From positions 146,728-210,727 of the forward strand of contig CAZXJJ010000002.1 in NCBI GenBank assembly GCA_964640995.1: a stretch of DNA of 64,000 bases, read 5' to 3'. The stretch comes from an uncultured Caldisericota bacterium (GTDB lineage Bacteria; Caldisericota; Caldisericia; B22-G15). Positions within the stretch are counted from its first letter, which is position 1. Each line of letters begins with the position of its first letter. The notes below the pieces were generated by a model, which searched no databases, was not told the origin of the DNA, and saw only the letters and a list, made by a program, of their open reading frames with translations. Positions 38,199 to 47,252 of the stretch are shown here, in pieces. The position numbers and the translations under genes were made by a program.

Positions 38199-39473
38199 TT
38201 AAAAAGAAATAGTGTATTTTGTTTTTGGTAGAATCCCATAAGGATCAAGAAAAGGTTTTTTGATATCTAATAAAATATCATAATTAATTCCTGAATGATT
38301 TGTTCCAATAACTATTAAATCGAAACTTTTAAGTTTAGTTTTTGTAATCTTTTCGCTCTCTAAAATTTTATCTTTTACAACAATCTTATCAATAAAAGGA
38401 TCAAAATATGAAACCTTTATGCCTTTATTAATAAGTAACTCTATAAATTTTAATGGCTGAGAGTTTCTTATATCATTAACATCTTTTTTATAAGTGACTC
38501 CAATAACAAAAACTTTTTTCTTTTTTAAATATTTTTTGATCTTCTCAAGCCAGAAATAGGGCATGCTTTTATTTATTAAATTTGAATATTCAATGGAAGA
38601 AAATCTAAAGCCCAACTTTTTTCCTCTTTCTACCAAAAACATGGGAACAGTTGGAATACAATCTCCTCCAACTCCCCAATTTGGATAAAATGGAACAAAA
38701 CCATATGGTTTGGTTTTAGCACCTTCTATTATTTCAAAAATATCAACTCCTTCTTTTGATGTTAGTTTTGCAAATTCATTTATAAAAGAGATATTTATAA
38801 ATCTAAAACTGTTCTCAAGTAATTTTATGTATTCTGCAACTTTTGTTGATGATACTGGTATAACTCTTGTAAAGATATGAGAATAAAAGAAAGTTCCAAT
38901 AGAAAGAGAATCCTTATCAATTCCACTTATAATTTTTGGAATCTCTTCAACTGGATAATCACTTCCTGGATTTATTCTTTCAGGAGAAAAACAAAGATAA
39001 AAATTTTTACCGCTTTTCTTTAGTTTTGAGTAAATTAATTCTTCTGTTGTTCCAGGTGGTAAAGTACTTTCAAAAATAATAAGATTACCATCTTTTAAAT
39101 TCTTTCTTATATCTCTTACAGCTTTCAGAACAAACTTTAATTCAGGATTTTCACTTTCATTTAAAGGGGTTGGAACAGAAACAATAAAAATATCGATATT
39201 TTTAAGATCATCAACTTTATTTGTTGGAAAAAAACTTTTATTTAAAAAATTTTGAATTTCACTATTCTTTACATCAACAACATAAGATTTACCTTTTTTT
39301 AATAAATTTATCTTCTCAACTGAAAGGTCATATCCAACTACATTAAAACCTCTATTTAAAATGACTCTTGCAAGAGTTAATCCTACATAACCTAAACCAA
39401 TTATCCCTATCTTTATTTCTCTATTTTTAATTTTATCTTTTAATTCTAAGAAATTCTCTTCCATATTTTGCAT
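38199..39473 (-). CDS. nucleotide-sugar dehydrogenase (UDP-glucose/UDP-ManNAc dehydrogenase family)
   Basis: N-terminal Rossmann GIIGLGYVGL; 424 aa with central and C-terminal dehydrogenase regions. Confidence 0.8.
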   Translation of the reverse strand: MQNMEENFLELKDKIKNREIKIGIIGLGYVGLTLARVILNRGFNVVGYDLSVEKINLLKKGKSYVVDVKNSEIQNFLNKSFFPTNKVDDLKNIDIFIVSVPTPLNESENPELKFVLKAVRDIRKNLKDGNLIIFESTLPPGTTEELIYSKLKKSGKNFYLCFSPERINPGSDYPVEEIPKIISGIDKDSLSIGTFFYSHIFTRVIPVSSTKVAEYIKLLENSFRFINISFINEFAKLTSKEGVDIFEIIEGAKTKPYGFVPFYPNWGVGGDCIPTVPMFLVERGKKLGFRFSSIEYSNLINKSMPYFWLEKIKKYLKKKKVFVIGVTYKKDVNDIRNSQPLKFIELLINKGIKVSYFDPFIDKIVVKDKILESEKITKTKLKSFDLIVIGTNHSGINYDILLDIKKPFLDPYGILPKTKYTISF

Positions 39474-40704
39474 TATCCTTTAATTCCTCTTCTATTACTA
39501 TTAATCTATTATATTTTGTAACTCTCTCTCCTCTTGCAGGTGCACCAGTTTTAATTTGAAAACTTTGTGTCGCAACTGAGAAATCAGAGATAAATGTGTC
39601 GGAAGTTTCACCAGATCTATGAGAAATTATATAATTATATCCATATTTTCTTGCAATATTAATAACTTCAAGTGTTTCTGTGAGAGTTCCAATTTGATTT
39701 AGTTTAATAAGAATTGCATTTGCAATACCATTCTCAATTCCAAAAAGAAACTTTTCTTTGTTTGTTACAAAAATATCATCTCCAACAATCTGAATTTTAT
39801 CTTTAACCTCTTTTGTAAACATTTTCCATGATTCATAATCTTCTTCATCAAATGGATCTTCAATTGAAATTATTAGATATTTTTCAATTAATTTTAAATA
39901 ATATTCTATTAAGTCATCTCCATTTATCTCTTTTCCTTCAAAAAAATACTTTCCATCTTTAAAGAAACTTGATGCAGCACAGTCAAGTGCTATAAAAATC
40001 TCTTCCCCTAACTTATATTTCGTCTTTTCAATTGCTTCAATAATGAGTTTAATTGCTTCTTCATTATTGCTTAAAAAAGGAGAAAAACCACCTTCATCTC
40101 CAATTCCTACTGATAATCCTTTACTTTTCAAAACCTCTTTTAGTTTCATGTAAATTTCAGCACTTGCTTTTATTGAATCTTTAAAAGAGTTGAAACCATA
40201 TGGTACTATCATAAATTCTTGAATATCAATGTTATTTTCTGCATGTTTACCACCATTTATGATATTTAAAAATGGAACTGGAAGAACATTAGAGAATAAT
40301 CCTCCAATATACCTATATAGAGGTATACCCAAAAATGCACTTGCTGCTCTTGCAACTGCAAGAGAAACTCCAAGAATTGCATTTGCACCAATATTACTTT
40401 TATTTTTAGTCCCATCTAAATTGATCATTCTTCTATCAATCTCTTCCTGATCTAAAACATCAATTCCTAAAATTTCTGGTGCAATTAAAAGTTCAATATT
40501 TTTAATTGCTTTTTGAACTCCTCTTCCAAAAAATCTCTCATCCTCATCTCTTAATTCAACTGCTTCATATTTTCCTTTTGAAGCACCAGATGGAACTTGA
40601 GCAATGCCTTTAAAACCGGATATTGTTGTCACCTCAACTTCAAGAGTAGGATTTCCTCTTGAATCTAAAATCTCTCTTCCTTTAACCTCAATAATCTCTT
40701 CCAT
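39433..40704 (-). CDS. eno: enolase
   Basis: N-terminus EIIEVKGREILDSRGNPTLEVEV; SHRSGETSDTFI; 423 aa. Confidence 0.95.
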   Translation of the reverse strand: MEEIIEVKGREILDSRGNPTLEVEVTTISGFKGIAQVPSGASKGKYEAVELRDEDERFFGRGVQKAIKNIELLIAPEILGIDVLDQEEIDRRMINLDGTKNKSNIGANAILGVSLAVARAASAFLGIPLYRYIGGLFSNVLPVPFLNIINGGKHAENNIDIQEFMIVPYGFNSFKDSIKASAEIYMKLKEVLKSKGLSVGIGDEGGFSPFLSNNEEAIKLIIEAIEKTKYKLGEEIFIALDCAASSFFKDGKYFFEGKEINGDDLIEYYLKLIEKYLIISIEDPFDEEDYESWKMFTKEVKDKIQIVGDDIFVTNKEKFLFGIENGIANAILIKLNQIGTLTETLEVINIARKYGYNYIISHRSGETSDTFISDFSVATQSFQIKTGAPARGERVTKYNRLIVIEEELKDNAKYGREFLRIKR

Positions 40705-40721
40705 AAATTCCCTCCTTAAAT

Positions 40722-41501
40722 TTATGATTCAATTGCATAAATTGCAGCACCAATTGCTCCAATAATTTGAGGATTTTTTGGTACATTAATTTTAACCTTG
40801 AGTATATCCTCAAGTGCTTTTACAACTCCTGAATTTTTTGCAACGCCACCTGTCATTGTAATCTCTTCTTCATAATTTACTCTTTTTAAAAGTGTAACTG
40901 CTCTTTTTGCAACAGAATAGTTTAGTCCTTTTATTATATCTTCTTTTTTTACACCTTCATGAATAAGTGATATTATTTCAGATTCAGCAAATACAGTGCA
41001 GATATTTGAAATTTCAATTAAATTATTTGACCTATCATGCAAAAGACCAAATTCATCAAGATCTATTTGAAGAGCATGAGACATAACCTCAAGAAATCTT
41101 CCTGTTCCAGCAGCGCATTTATCATTCATTACAAAATCAAGCACATTTCCCTTATCTCCAAGTTTAATTGCTTTACTATCTTGCCCTCCAATATCAATAA
41201 TTGTTTTTGTTTTAGGAAATAAAAAGTATGCACCTTTTGCATGACAAGAAATTTCGGTTTTTGTTAAATCTGTGAAGTCAACACTTATTCTTCCATATCC
41301 AGTAGCAAGAATTTTTTCAATATCTTTTTTATCGAGTTTTTCTTCTTTCAAAATTTCACCAAGAAGGGAGATTGCAGTTTTATTTCCATTTGCTCCAGTA
41401 GGAGATATTTTATAATTTAATATTTCAATTTCACTCTCTTTTTTTATAAGAACAACTTTTGTTGCAACAGAACCAATATCAACACCAAAATAATAACTCA
41501 T
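40722..41501 (-). CDS. CoA-substrate-specific enzyme activase (BadF/BadG/BcrA/BcrD / HgdC-like ATPase)
   Basis: N-terminal GVDIGSVATKVV (ASKHA ATPase), cluster-ligand Cys contexts DKCAAGTGRFLE and ISNICTVFAESE; 259 aa. Confidence 0.75.
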   Translation of the reverse strand: MSYYFGVDIGSVATKVVLIKKESEIEILNYKISPTGANGNKTAISLLGEILKEEKLDKKDIEKILATGYGRISVDFTDLTKTEISCHAKGAYFLFPKTKTIIDIGGQDSKAIKLGDKGNVLDFVMNDKCAAGTGRFLEVMSHALQIDLDEFGLLHDRSNNLIEISNICTVFAESEIISLIHEGVKKEDIIKGLNYSVAKRAVTLLKRVNYEEEITMTGGVAKNSGVVKALEDILKVKINVPKNPQIIGAIGAAIYAIES

Positions 41502-42736
41502 CCTAATACCTCCAAAAAACCTTCAACTCTTGTTTTGATCTGTTCTTTTGGGAAATTAGTTTCATCAACAAGGTCTCCATCAATAATTATAGTTGGAATT
41601 CCTGAATTTATTAATTTTTTTCTTAAAAGATATGAACTTCCTGCTCCTTGTCTACATCCCCATTGATTAAAAATAACAACTCCATCAATTTTATATTCAT
41701 CTATAATTTGCATTGCGGTTTTATACCTTTCATCTAAATTAGAGAAAATTTTGTAATTAATTAATTTTTTTGCAATTGACCTAAATGGATCAATTTTATC
41801 AAACTCATCCCAATAGACATTACTTGTTTCTTCAAAAACAATAAAAGCACCTTTTTTATTTAAAAAATCAAATAGGTCAACCTTGAAATATGGTCCAAGG
41901 TGCATCCAGTAAATTCTATTTTTTACCTTTATTCCAAAACCCTCTTCATATAGAAGTTTAAGTTTATCTCTTAAAAGTTTAAAGAAATCTCTACCATATT
42001 CTGAACCAAAAGCAGAAAAAATCATTCCAAGATATCCTAAAAATTTTCTTCCATCAATTAATATTCTCTTTTTTCTTAATTCATTTATCTCAATAAGATA
42101 TTTTCTTGCTTCATTTGATAATTCAATCGCTTTCTCAAGAGTTTTAATTGGATTTTTTACTTTCAATTCCTTTGAAAGATATAAAAATATATCATAAAGT
42201 CTTTTTGAAAGGTAATTTATATTTTCATCATTTAATTCTTCTGGAATATCTATTACAATATACTCACCGCCAAACATCTTTGAGATAAGATAAAAAGAGT
42301 GTACTGCTGAATGACATGGTTTATCAGTTGTTACAATGTAGTTTGGCTGTGGTAGAAACCCCATTTTTATAAGTCCAATTAAATTTCTATGTACACTACA
42401 ATTATCTTTAGAAAATAAAATCTCATCACTTTCAAAAAGAGCGGAATTACTTATTCCAAAATTAGCACTTACAGCAGATGCAACCTCTGGAAGAATTGGA
42501 AATGTATTTAATGCAAAAAGTAGCTCAGTTGGTGTAAAAACATTTGTCATAATAACTTTACTTCCTTTGCTAAAATTTTTTTTAAATAATTCCAAAGAAA
42601 ACCTGATAGAAACTTTACCAATTTCATCTGGTCTCAATATTTGGTTTAATACACCATAAACAAGTGGGTATATGAATTTTTTTCTCAAAATTTTTTGAAA
42701 AAATTTAGGAGAGACTTTTGATAGCTCAAGTCTCAT
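41498..42736 (-). CDS. 2-hydroxyacyl-CoA dehydratase family subunit (HgdA/B-like)
   Basis: 412 aa, Cys-containing dehydratase-like region; translationally coupled to the second subunit and the activase. Confidence 0.6.
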   Translation of the reverse strand: MRLELSKVSPKFFQKILRKKFIYPLVYGVLNQILRPDEIGKVSIRFSLELFKKNFSKGSKVIMTNVFTPTELLFALNTFPILPEVASAVSANFGISNSALFESDEILFSKDNCSVHRNLIGLIKMGFLPQPNYIVTTDKPCHSAVHSFYLISKMFGGEYIVIDIPEELNDENINYLSKRLYDIFLYLSKELKVKNPIKTLEKAIELSNEARKYLIEINELRKKRILIDGRKFLGYLGMIFSAFGSEYGRDFFKLLRDKLKLLYEEGFGIKVKNRIYWMHLGPYFKVDLFDFLNKKGAFIVFEETSNVYWDEFDKIDPFRSIAKKLINYKIFSNLDERYKTAMQIIDEYKIDGVVIFNQWGCRQGAGSSYLLRKKLINSGIPTIIIDGDLVDETNFPKEQIKTRVEGFLEVLG

Positions 42737-43793
42737 TTAACATCTCCATGAATGCCTCAATTCTTGTTCTAATTTGTCCTTTAATATTCATAGAGTAATC
42801 ATCTTCAATTATAAGCAAAGGAATATTTTCTTTATTTAATCTTTCTTTAATTAAAGGTATGTAAAAATTAAGAGGATCACAATATTTCAAATTATAAACT
42901 ATAACTCCTTTTAAAGAGAGTTCTTTAAATCTTTTTATAATATTTTCAATTTTCTCCTCTAAAACTCTCCTTCTAACACATCCCTCTCTTTGCAAATAAT
43001 ATTTTGCTAGGGTATAAATTGGGTCTAATGAATAATCATTAACTAATTCTAAATTTTTATAACCAAAGCATGAGTCATCATAAAAAATCTCATAACCTAA
43101 TGATTCTACATACTCTATAAAACTTAATGGAAAAATGGTTGAAAAAAGATAAAATTTTTCTTTTTTTTCTATTTTAATTTCATTTTCTATTTTGATATTT
43201 ATTTTCAAGAAATCTTCAATATCAATAGTTTGGAAAATTAAATTTAAATAAAATCCTAATAGTGTTGAATTGTATTTTTTAAATTCTTCTATGGTACTTT
43301 TTAATTTTTTTCTCCCTTCATTAAATAACTCAATAGATTTAATTAACTTTTCAAAATCTAAAGTATTATTTAAATCTTTGAAGAGTCCTTCAAATTGTAA
43401 TTTCAAAAAGTTAATATCACTTTCTTTTTCATTGAATGGTATTTTTAAATAATAACTCTTATTAAAAAAATCTAACTCTTTATAAATTTCATAAACTCTT
43501 CTTGAAGAATCACATCCATCTGTAAATATGAACCTTTTGTCTCTTAAATTGTTCTTAATTGAAAATTCAATTGTACTCTTTAAATATGGACAAATATATT
43601 TTGGTGAAACTTCATCAGAATAAACAAATTGGGTTGAATCAGTTACAAATCTTACGGGTCTAAAATTTGAAGCATGAATTATTTCAACTGGTACATATGA
43701 ACAAAAATAAAAAATTGATTTATCATTATTCAAATTATTTTTAAAATTTTCTATGTAAAAACTTTTAATCTCCTCTAAATCTTTAAAATTCAT
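42726..43793 (-). CDS. 2-hydroxyacyl-CoA dehydratase family subunit (HgdB-like)
   Basis: 355 aa; conserved Cys (GCDSSRR, CFGYKN, YCDPLNF); first gene of the three-gene module. Confidence 0.6.
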   Translation of the reverse strand: MNFKDLEEIKSFYIENFKNNLNNDKSIFYFCSYVPVEIIHASNFRPVRFVTDSTQFVYSDEVSPKYICPYLKSTIEFSIKNNLRDKRFIFTDGCDSSRRVYEIYKELDFFNKSYYLKIPFNEKESDINFLKLQFEGLFKDLNNTLDFEKLIKSIELFNEGRKKLKSTIEEFKKYNSTLLGFYLNLIFQTIDIEDFLKINIKIENEIKIEKKEKFYLFSTIFPLSFIEYVESLGYEIFYDDSCFGYKNLELVNDYSLDPIYTLAKYYLQREGCVRRRVLEEKIENIIKRFKELSLKGVIVYNLKYCDPLNFYIPLIKERLNKENIPLLIIEDDYSMNIKGQIRTRIEAFMEMLNET

Positions 43794-43863
43794 AATAAAT
43801 ATTATAACCTAATTTTTTGTGGTATATTTAAAAAGATAATTTAAAAATAAAAAAGGAGGAAAG

Positions 43864-44613
43864 ATGAAAGCAATAGTTGTTTTAAGACCATCTATGTCAA
43901 AAAGATTAATCGCTAAAGGTGTTAAAGAACTTTTAAACTCAATGGGTGTTTTAAATAAAGGAATTATTTTTATTGGTTTGGGCTCAACAAATGGATTCAT
44001 TGTTGAAGAACTTCTTGGAAAAAATTTTGAAAAAGAAAAATATATGGCAGGATATATTGGTGATTGCAAACTATCTGTTTTAGATAAAGAAATAAGATTG
44101 AATCCAATAATCTTAATTGATGGTAAACTTTCTGAAGAGAATCCAGATGAAGTTGTAAAAAGAATGGGAAAAAATGATGTTTTTATAAAAGGAGCAAATG
44201 CTATTGACCCACAGGGAAACATTGGAGTTATTGTTGCAGATAAAAGTGGTGGAACAGTTGGAAGGTACATTGGAACTGTTCTTACAAGAGGAGTCAAGTG
44301 GATTGCACCAGTTAGTATGGGTAAACTTATACCAGATGTAGTTGAAGCATCTTATTTTGCAAAAATAGAAGAAATTGATTTAAGCATGGGGCTTCCATCT
44401 GCAATATTTCCAATTGTAAATGCTTTACCTTTTACAGAAATTGATGCGCTTGATATTCTTTTTGAAGTTGACGCAACTCTTCTTGCAAAAGGAGGACTTT
44501 GGGAGGATGAAGGTTCAATTGTTCTTGGAATTGAAGGTGAAGATGAAAATGTAAAGAAAGCATTTGAATATATAGAATCAATAAAAGAGGAAAAATTACC
44601 AAAGCATAAATAA
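43864..44613 (+). CDS. hypothetical protein
   Basis: 249 aa, strong RBS AAAGGAGGA; divergent from the dehydratase module; Gly-rich loops (GLGSTNG, ADKSGGTVG) but no motif I can assign. Confidence 0.35.
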   Translation: MKAIVVLRPSMSKRLIAKGVKELLNSMGVLNKGIIFIGLGSTNGFIVEELLGKNFEKEKYMAGYIGDCKLSVLDKEIRLNPIILIDGKLSEENPDEVVKRMGKNDVFIKGANAIDPQGNIGVIVADKSGGTVGRYIGTVLTRGVKWIAPVSMGKLIPDVVEASYFAKIEEIDLSMGLPSAIFPIVNALPFTEIDALDILFEVDATLLAKGGLWEDEGSIVLGIEGEDENVKKAFEYIESIKEEKLPKHK

Positions 44614-44633
44614 TAGAGATTAAAATATTAAAA

Positions 44634-45908
44634 TTAATAACTTGGATATGTAATAGTTATTAATTTTGAATTAGGGTCCCAATCTACTTTACATCCAAGA
44701 TTTTCTGCAACAAATCTTATAGGAAGCATAGTTCTTCCTTGAATAATAAGAGGAACTACCTTAGGATTATTTGGGTCAATAGGGGTTTCAAGTCCATTTA
44801 CTCTTCCCTTATTTTTATTAATCCAGAGTTCTATAACTTTTTCTTTAAGGGAGATAGTAACTTTCTTTTCATTTGGGTCCCAATTTATTTCTGCTCCTAA
44901 TGGTTCTGCTACATATCTTATTGGTAAATAAATTCTTCCTTCAATGATTATTGGGGAGACATCTATTGTTTGAGAAGAGTAATTTATATACATTGTCTTA
45001 CTTCCTATTTGAAGTTTAAGGATTTTTCTTTTTATGTAAGTTACTTTATAAACTTGTTCTTTTTCATTATCTAATTTATCAACTACTTTAAATCTTAACT
45101 CATTATCCCCTTCTTTTAAAAGAACATAAGTTTCAAAATTTCCTAGGTTATCAAGTTTTAACTCAATATTATTAATTGATGCATTTCTTACACCAACTCC
45201 TTCATCATAAATTTTACCCACAACTTTTAAATTCTCATCATAAGTTTCAAGAGGCAATTTTACATTTAATTTTGGTGGTGTTTTATCAAGAAAAACAATT
45301 AAATTATATGTTGATATATTTCCTCTATTATCCTCAGCTGATATAATAAATTCATTTTTACCTTCTTTTAATTTATAATTAGCATCAAAAGATGAACATC
45401 CACACTGGTTAATTTTGACTCCATTCACTAAAAGATCTTTGAGTCCGCTCATATTATCCCTTACACCAATTAAAATATATAAATTTTCATCATTTGTGTA
45501 AAAATTATTTTGTTCAGGTTTTACTATTCTTAATTCTGGTGGTTTATCATCAATAATTTTAATTGATACTATATTTGATGGTTCAGAATATTTTTCATCT
45601 TTATCAACAGATTTAACCATATAAAAATATGTTTTATCTAAAAAAATTGAATAATCAAGAAAATACATCTGATCTTTGTTATAAGTTTTTCCTATATAAA
45701 CTAAATTTTTATCATTTTCACCTCTATAAACTTCAAAATATTGAATTGTATCATCTTGTTTTTCTATCTCCCAAGTAATTCTAACCTTATAATCTTCCTG
45801 AATTGCTTTAACATTAATAGGTTTTGCAGGATATGATTTTGAAAATAAATTTTCACCTATAAAAATTGTTGATAGTAAAATTAAAAAAATAATAACTCTT
45901 TTAATCAT
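44634..45908 (-). CDS. cell-envelope protein with fibronectin-III/Ig-like region and two C-terminal copper-amine-oxidase N-terminal-like domains
   Basis: Signal peptide; beta-rich N-terminal region; two C-terminal CuAO_N-like repeats (LPIRYVAEPLGAEINWDPNEKKVTISL, LPIRFVAENLGCKVDWDPNSKLITITY). Confidence 0.55.
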   Translation of the reverse strand: MIKRVIIFLILLSTIFIGENLFSKSYPAKPINVKAIQEDYKVRITWEIEKQDDTIQYFEVYRGENDKNLVYIGKTYNKDQMYFLDYSIFLDKTYFYMVKSVDKDEKYSEPSNIVSIKIIDDKPPELRIVKPEQNNFYTNDENLYILIGVRDNMSGLKDLLVNGVKINQCGCSSFDANYKLKEGKNEFIISAEDNRGNISTYNLIVFLDKTPPKLNVKLPLETYDENLKVVGKIYDEGVGVRNASINNIELKLDNLGNFETYVLLKEGDNELRFKVVDKLDNEKEQVYKVTYIKRKILKLQIGSKTMYINYSSQTIDVSPIIIEGRIYLPIRYVAEPLGAEINWDPNEKKVTISLKEKVIELWINKNKGRVNGLETPIDPNNPKVVPLIIQGRTMLPIRFVAENLGCKVDWDPNSKLITITYPSY

Positions 45909-46323
45909 TTAAACCTCCAAATTTTTCTAAAGTATACTCTTTAATTTTATCTCTTACTTCTCTAAATTTATTTAATTTCTCTTCTTTGCTTCCTTCAAAT
46001 GAAGAAGGGTCTTCAAAACTATTGTGAAGGTATTCTTTAGCACCTGGAAAGAAAGGACAATTCTCTTTTGCATTATCACAAACAGTTACAACATAATCAA
46101 ATTTTTCTCCTTTAAACTCTAAAACACTTTTTGATCTATGTTTTGAAATATCAATTCCAATCTCTTCCATGACTTTAATTGCAAAGGGATTTACAGAGGT
46201 TGGTTTAGTTCCTGCACTAAAACCTATAAATTTATCTTTCAAATAAAAATTAATAATTCCCTCAGCCATTTGAGACCTTGCAGAATTATGTGTACATATA
46301 AATAAAATTTTCTTTTTCTCCAT
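45901..46323 (-). CDS. arsC: arsenate reductase / low-molecular-weight phosphotyrosine phosphatase family
   Basis: N-terminal P-loop ILFICTHNSARSQMAEG (CX5R-type); 140 aa. Confidence 0.6.
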   Translation of the reverse strand: MEKKKILFICTHNSARSQMAEGIINFYLKDKFIGFSAGTKPTSVNPFAIKVMEEIGIDISKHRSKSVLEFKGEKFDYVVTVCDNAKENCPFFPGAKEYLHNSFEDPSSFEGSKEEKLNKFREVRDKIKEYTLEKFGGLND

Positions 46324-46325
46324 CT

Positions 46326-46613
46326 TTAATTTATTATATAAATTTTCTTTTTATATACTAAAATGCTAATTATTATTGTTAAATAATGATTAAGAAAAAG
46401 AAAGAATGATCCACCAAAAATAATTAAATAGTAAATTTGATTTTTTGTTAAGGTATATTTTAAATTTAACATTACTCGAATATTTACTCCTGTAAAAGGA
46501 TCCTTTATAGCTATATAACCTGAGATGGAGAACATTATAAATAGTAAGAGAAACATTAAAGGAAAAAATAGAAAAATTAATATTTTAAAAACTAAATCAA
46601 TGAATTGATTCAT
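46326..46613 (-). CDS. small hypothetical membrane protein
   Basis: 95 aa, 2-3 hydrophobic segments; coupled between mntP and arsC. Confidence 0.3.
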   Translation of the reverse strand: MNQFIDLVFKILIFLFFPLMFLLLFIMFSISGYIAIKDPFTGVNIRVMLNLKYTLTKNQIYYLIIFGGSFFLFLNHYLTIIISILVYKKKIYIIN

Positions 46614-47188
46614 AAAATATGTTCTAATAAAATTTTAATTCCTATTGAAATTAATATCAATCCACCCAAAATTTCTGCTCCTTTTTTAAAGATTTTACCC
46701 AATAAAAAACCAGAATAAACTGAAATCATAGTTAATGTAAAAGTTGTAATACCTATAAAAATTGATGGGAATAAAATTTTTGTTTTAAGAAGAGAAAGAG
46801 AAATACCAACTGCAAATGCATCAATACTTGTTGCTATTGAAAGAAAGAGAAGTGTAATGAATCTATCTGTATTTATTTTGTTTTCACAATCATTTTTGAA
46901 GCTTTCAAAAATCATTTTTGCACCAACAAAAATTAATATAAAAAAGGCAACCCAATGATCATAATCTTTAATAAAACTCAAAAGTTCTCTTCCAATTAAA
47001 TATCCAATAAACACCATTCCAAATTGGAAAAAACCAAATGAGAAAGAAATTTTTAAAGGATAATAAAAATTAAATTTTTTCTTGGTAATTCCACATGAAA
47101 GACCAACTGCAAAAGCATCCATAGAAAGTGCTATTCCAATCAATAAAATTGAAATTAATGTTAAACTGTCTCCATTTAAACTTATCAC
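46610..47188 (-). CDS. mntP: manganese efflux pump MntP (DUF204)
   Basis: Duplicated SMDAFAVG / SIDAFAVG motifs in a 6-TM protein; 192 aa. Confidence 0.75.
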   Translation of the reverse strand: MISLNGDSLTLISILLIGIALSMDAFAVGLSCGITKKKFNFYYPLKISFSFGFFQFGMVFIGYLIGRELLSFIKDYDHWVAFFILIFVGAKMIFESFKNDCENKINTDRFITLLFLSIATSIDAFAVGISLSLLKTKILFPSIFIGITTFTLTMISVYSGFLLGKIFKKGAEILGGLILISIGIKILLEHIL

Positions 47189-47252
47189 TCTTTTTTTCCT
47201 TCCTCTTTATAATTCACTTTATTATTATATAATTTTTAAAGGAGAGTTTATA

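Noticed and set aside
43809-44297. 162-aa minus-strand ORF
   Set aside because: Pro/Ser/Thr-rich composition unlike the genome's Lys/Ile-rich proteins; fully antisense to the better-supported 249-aa ORF 43864..44613.
47082-47252. N-terminal extension of the large membrane protein ORF
   Set aside because: The extension is antisense to the mntP coding sequence; a signal peptide and RBS place the start at ATG 47253.
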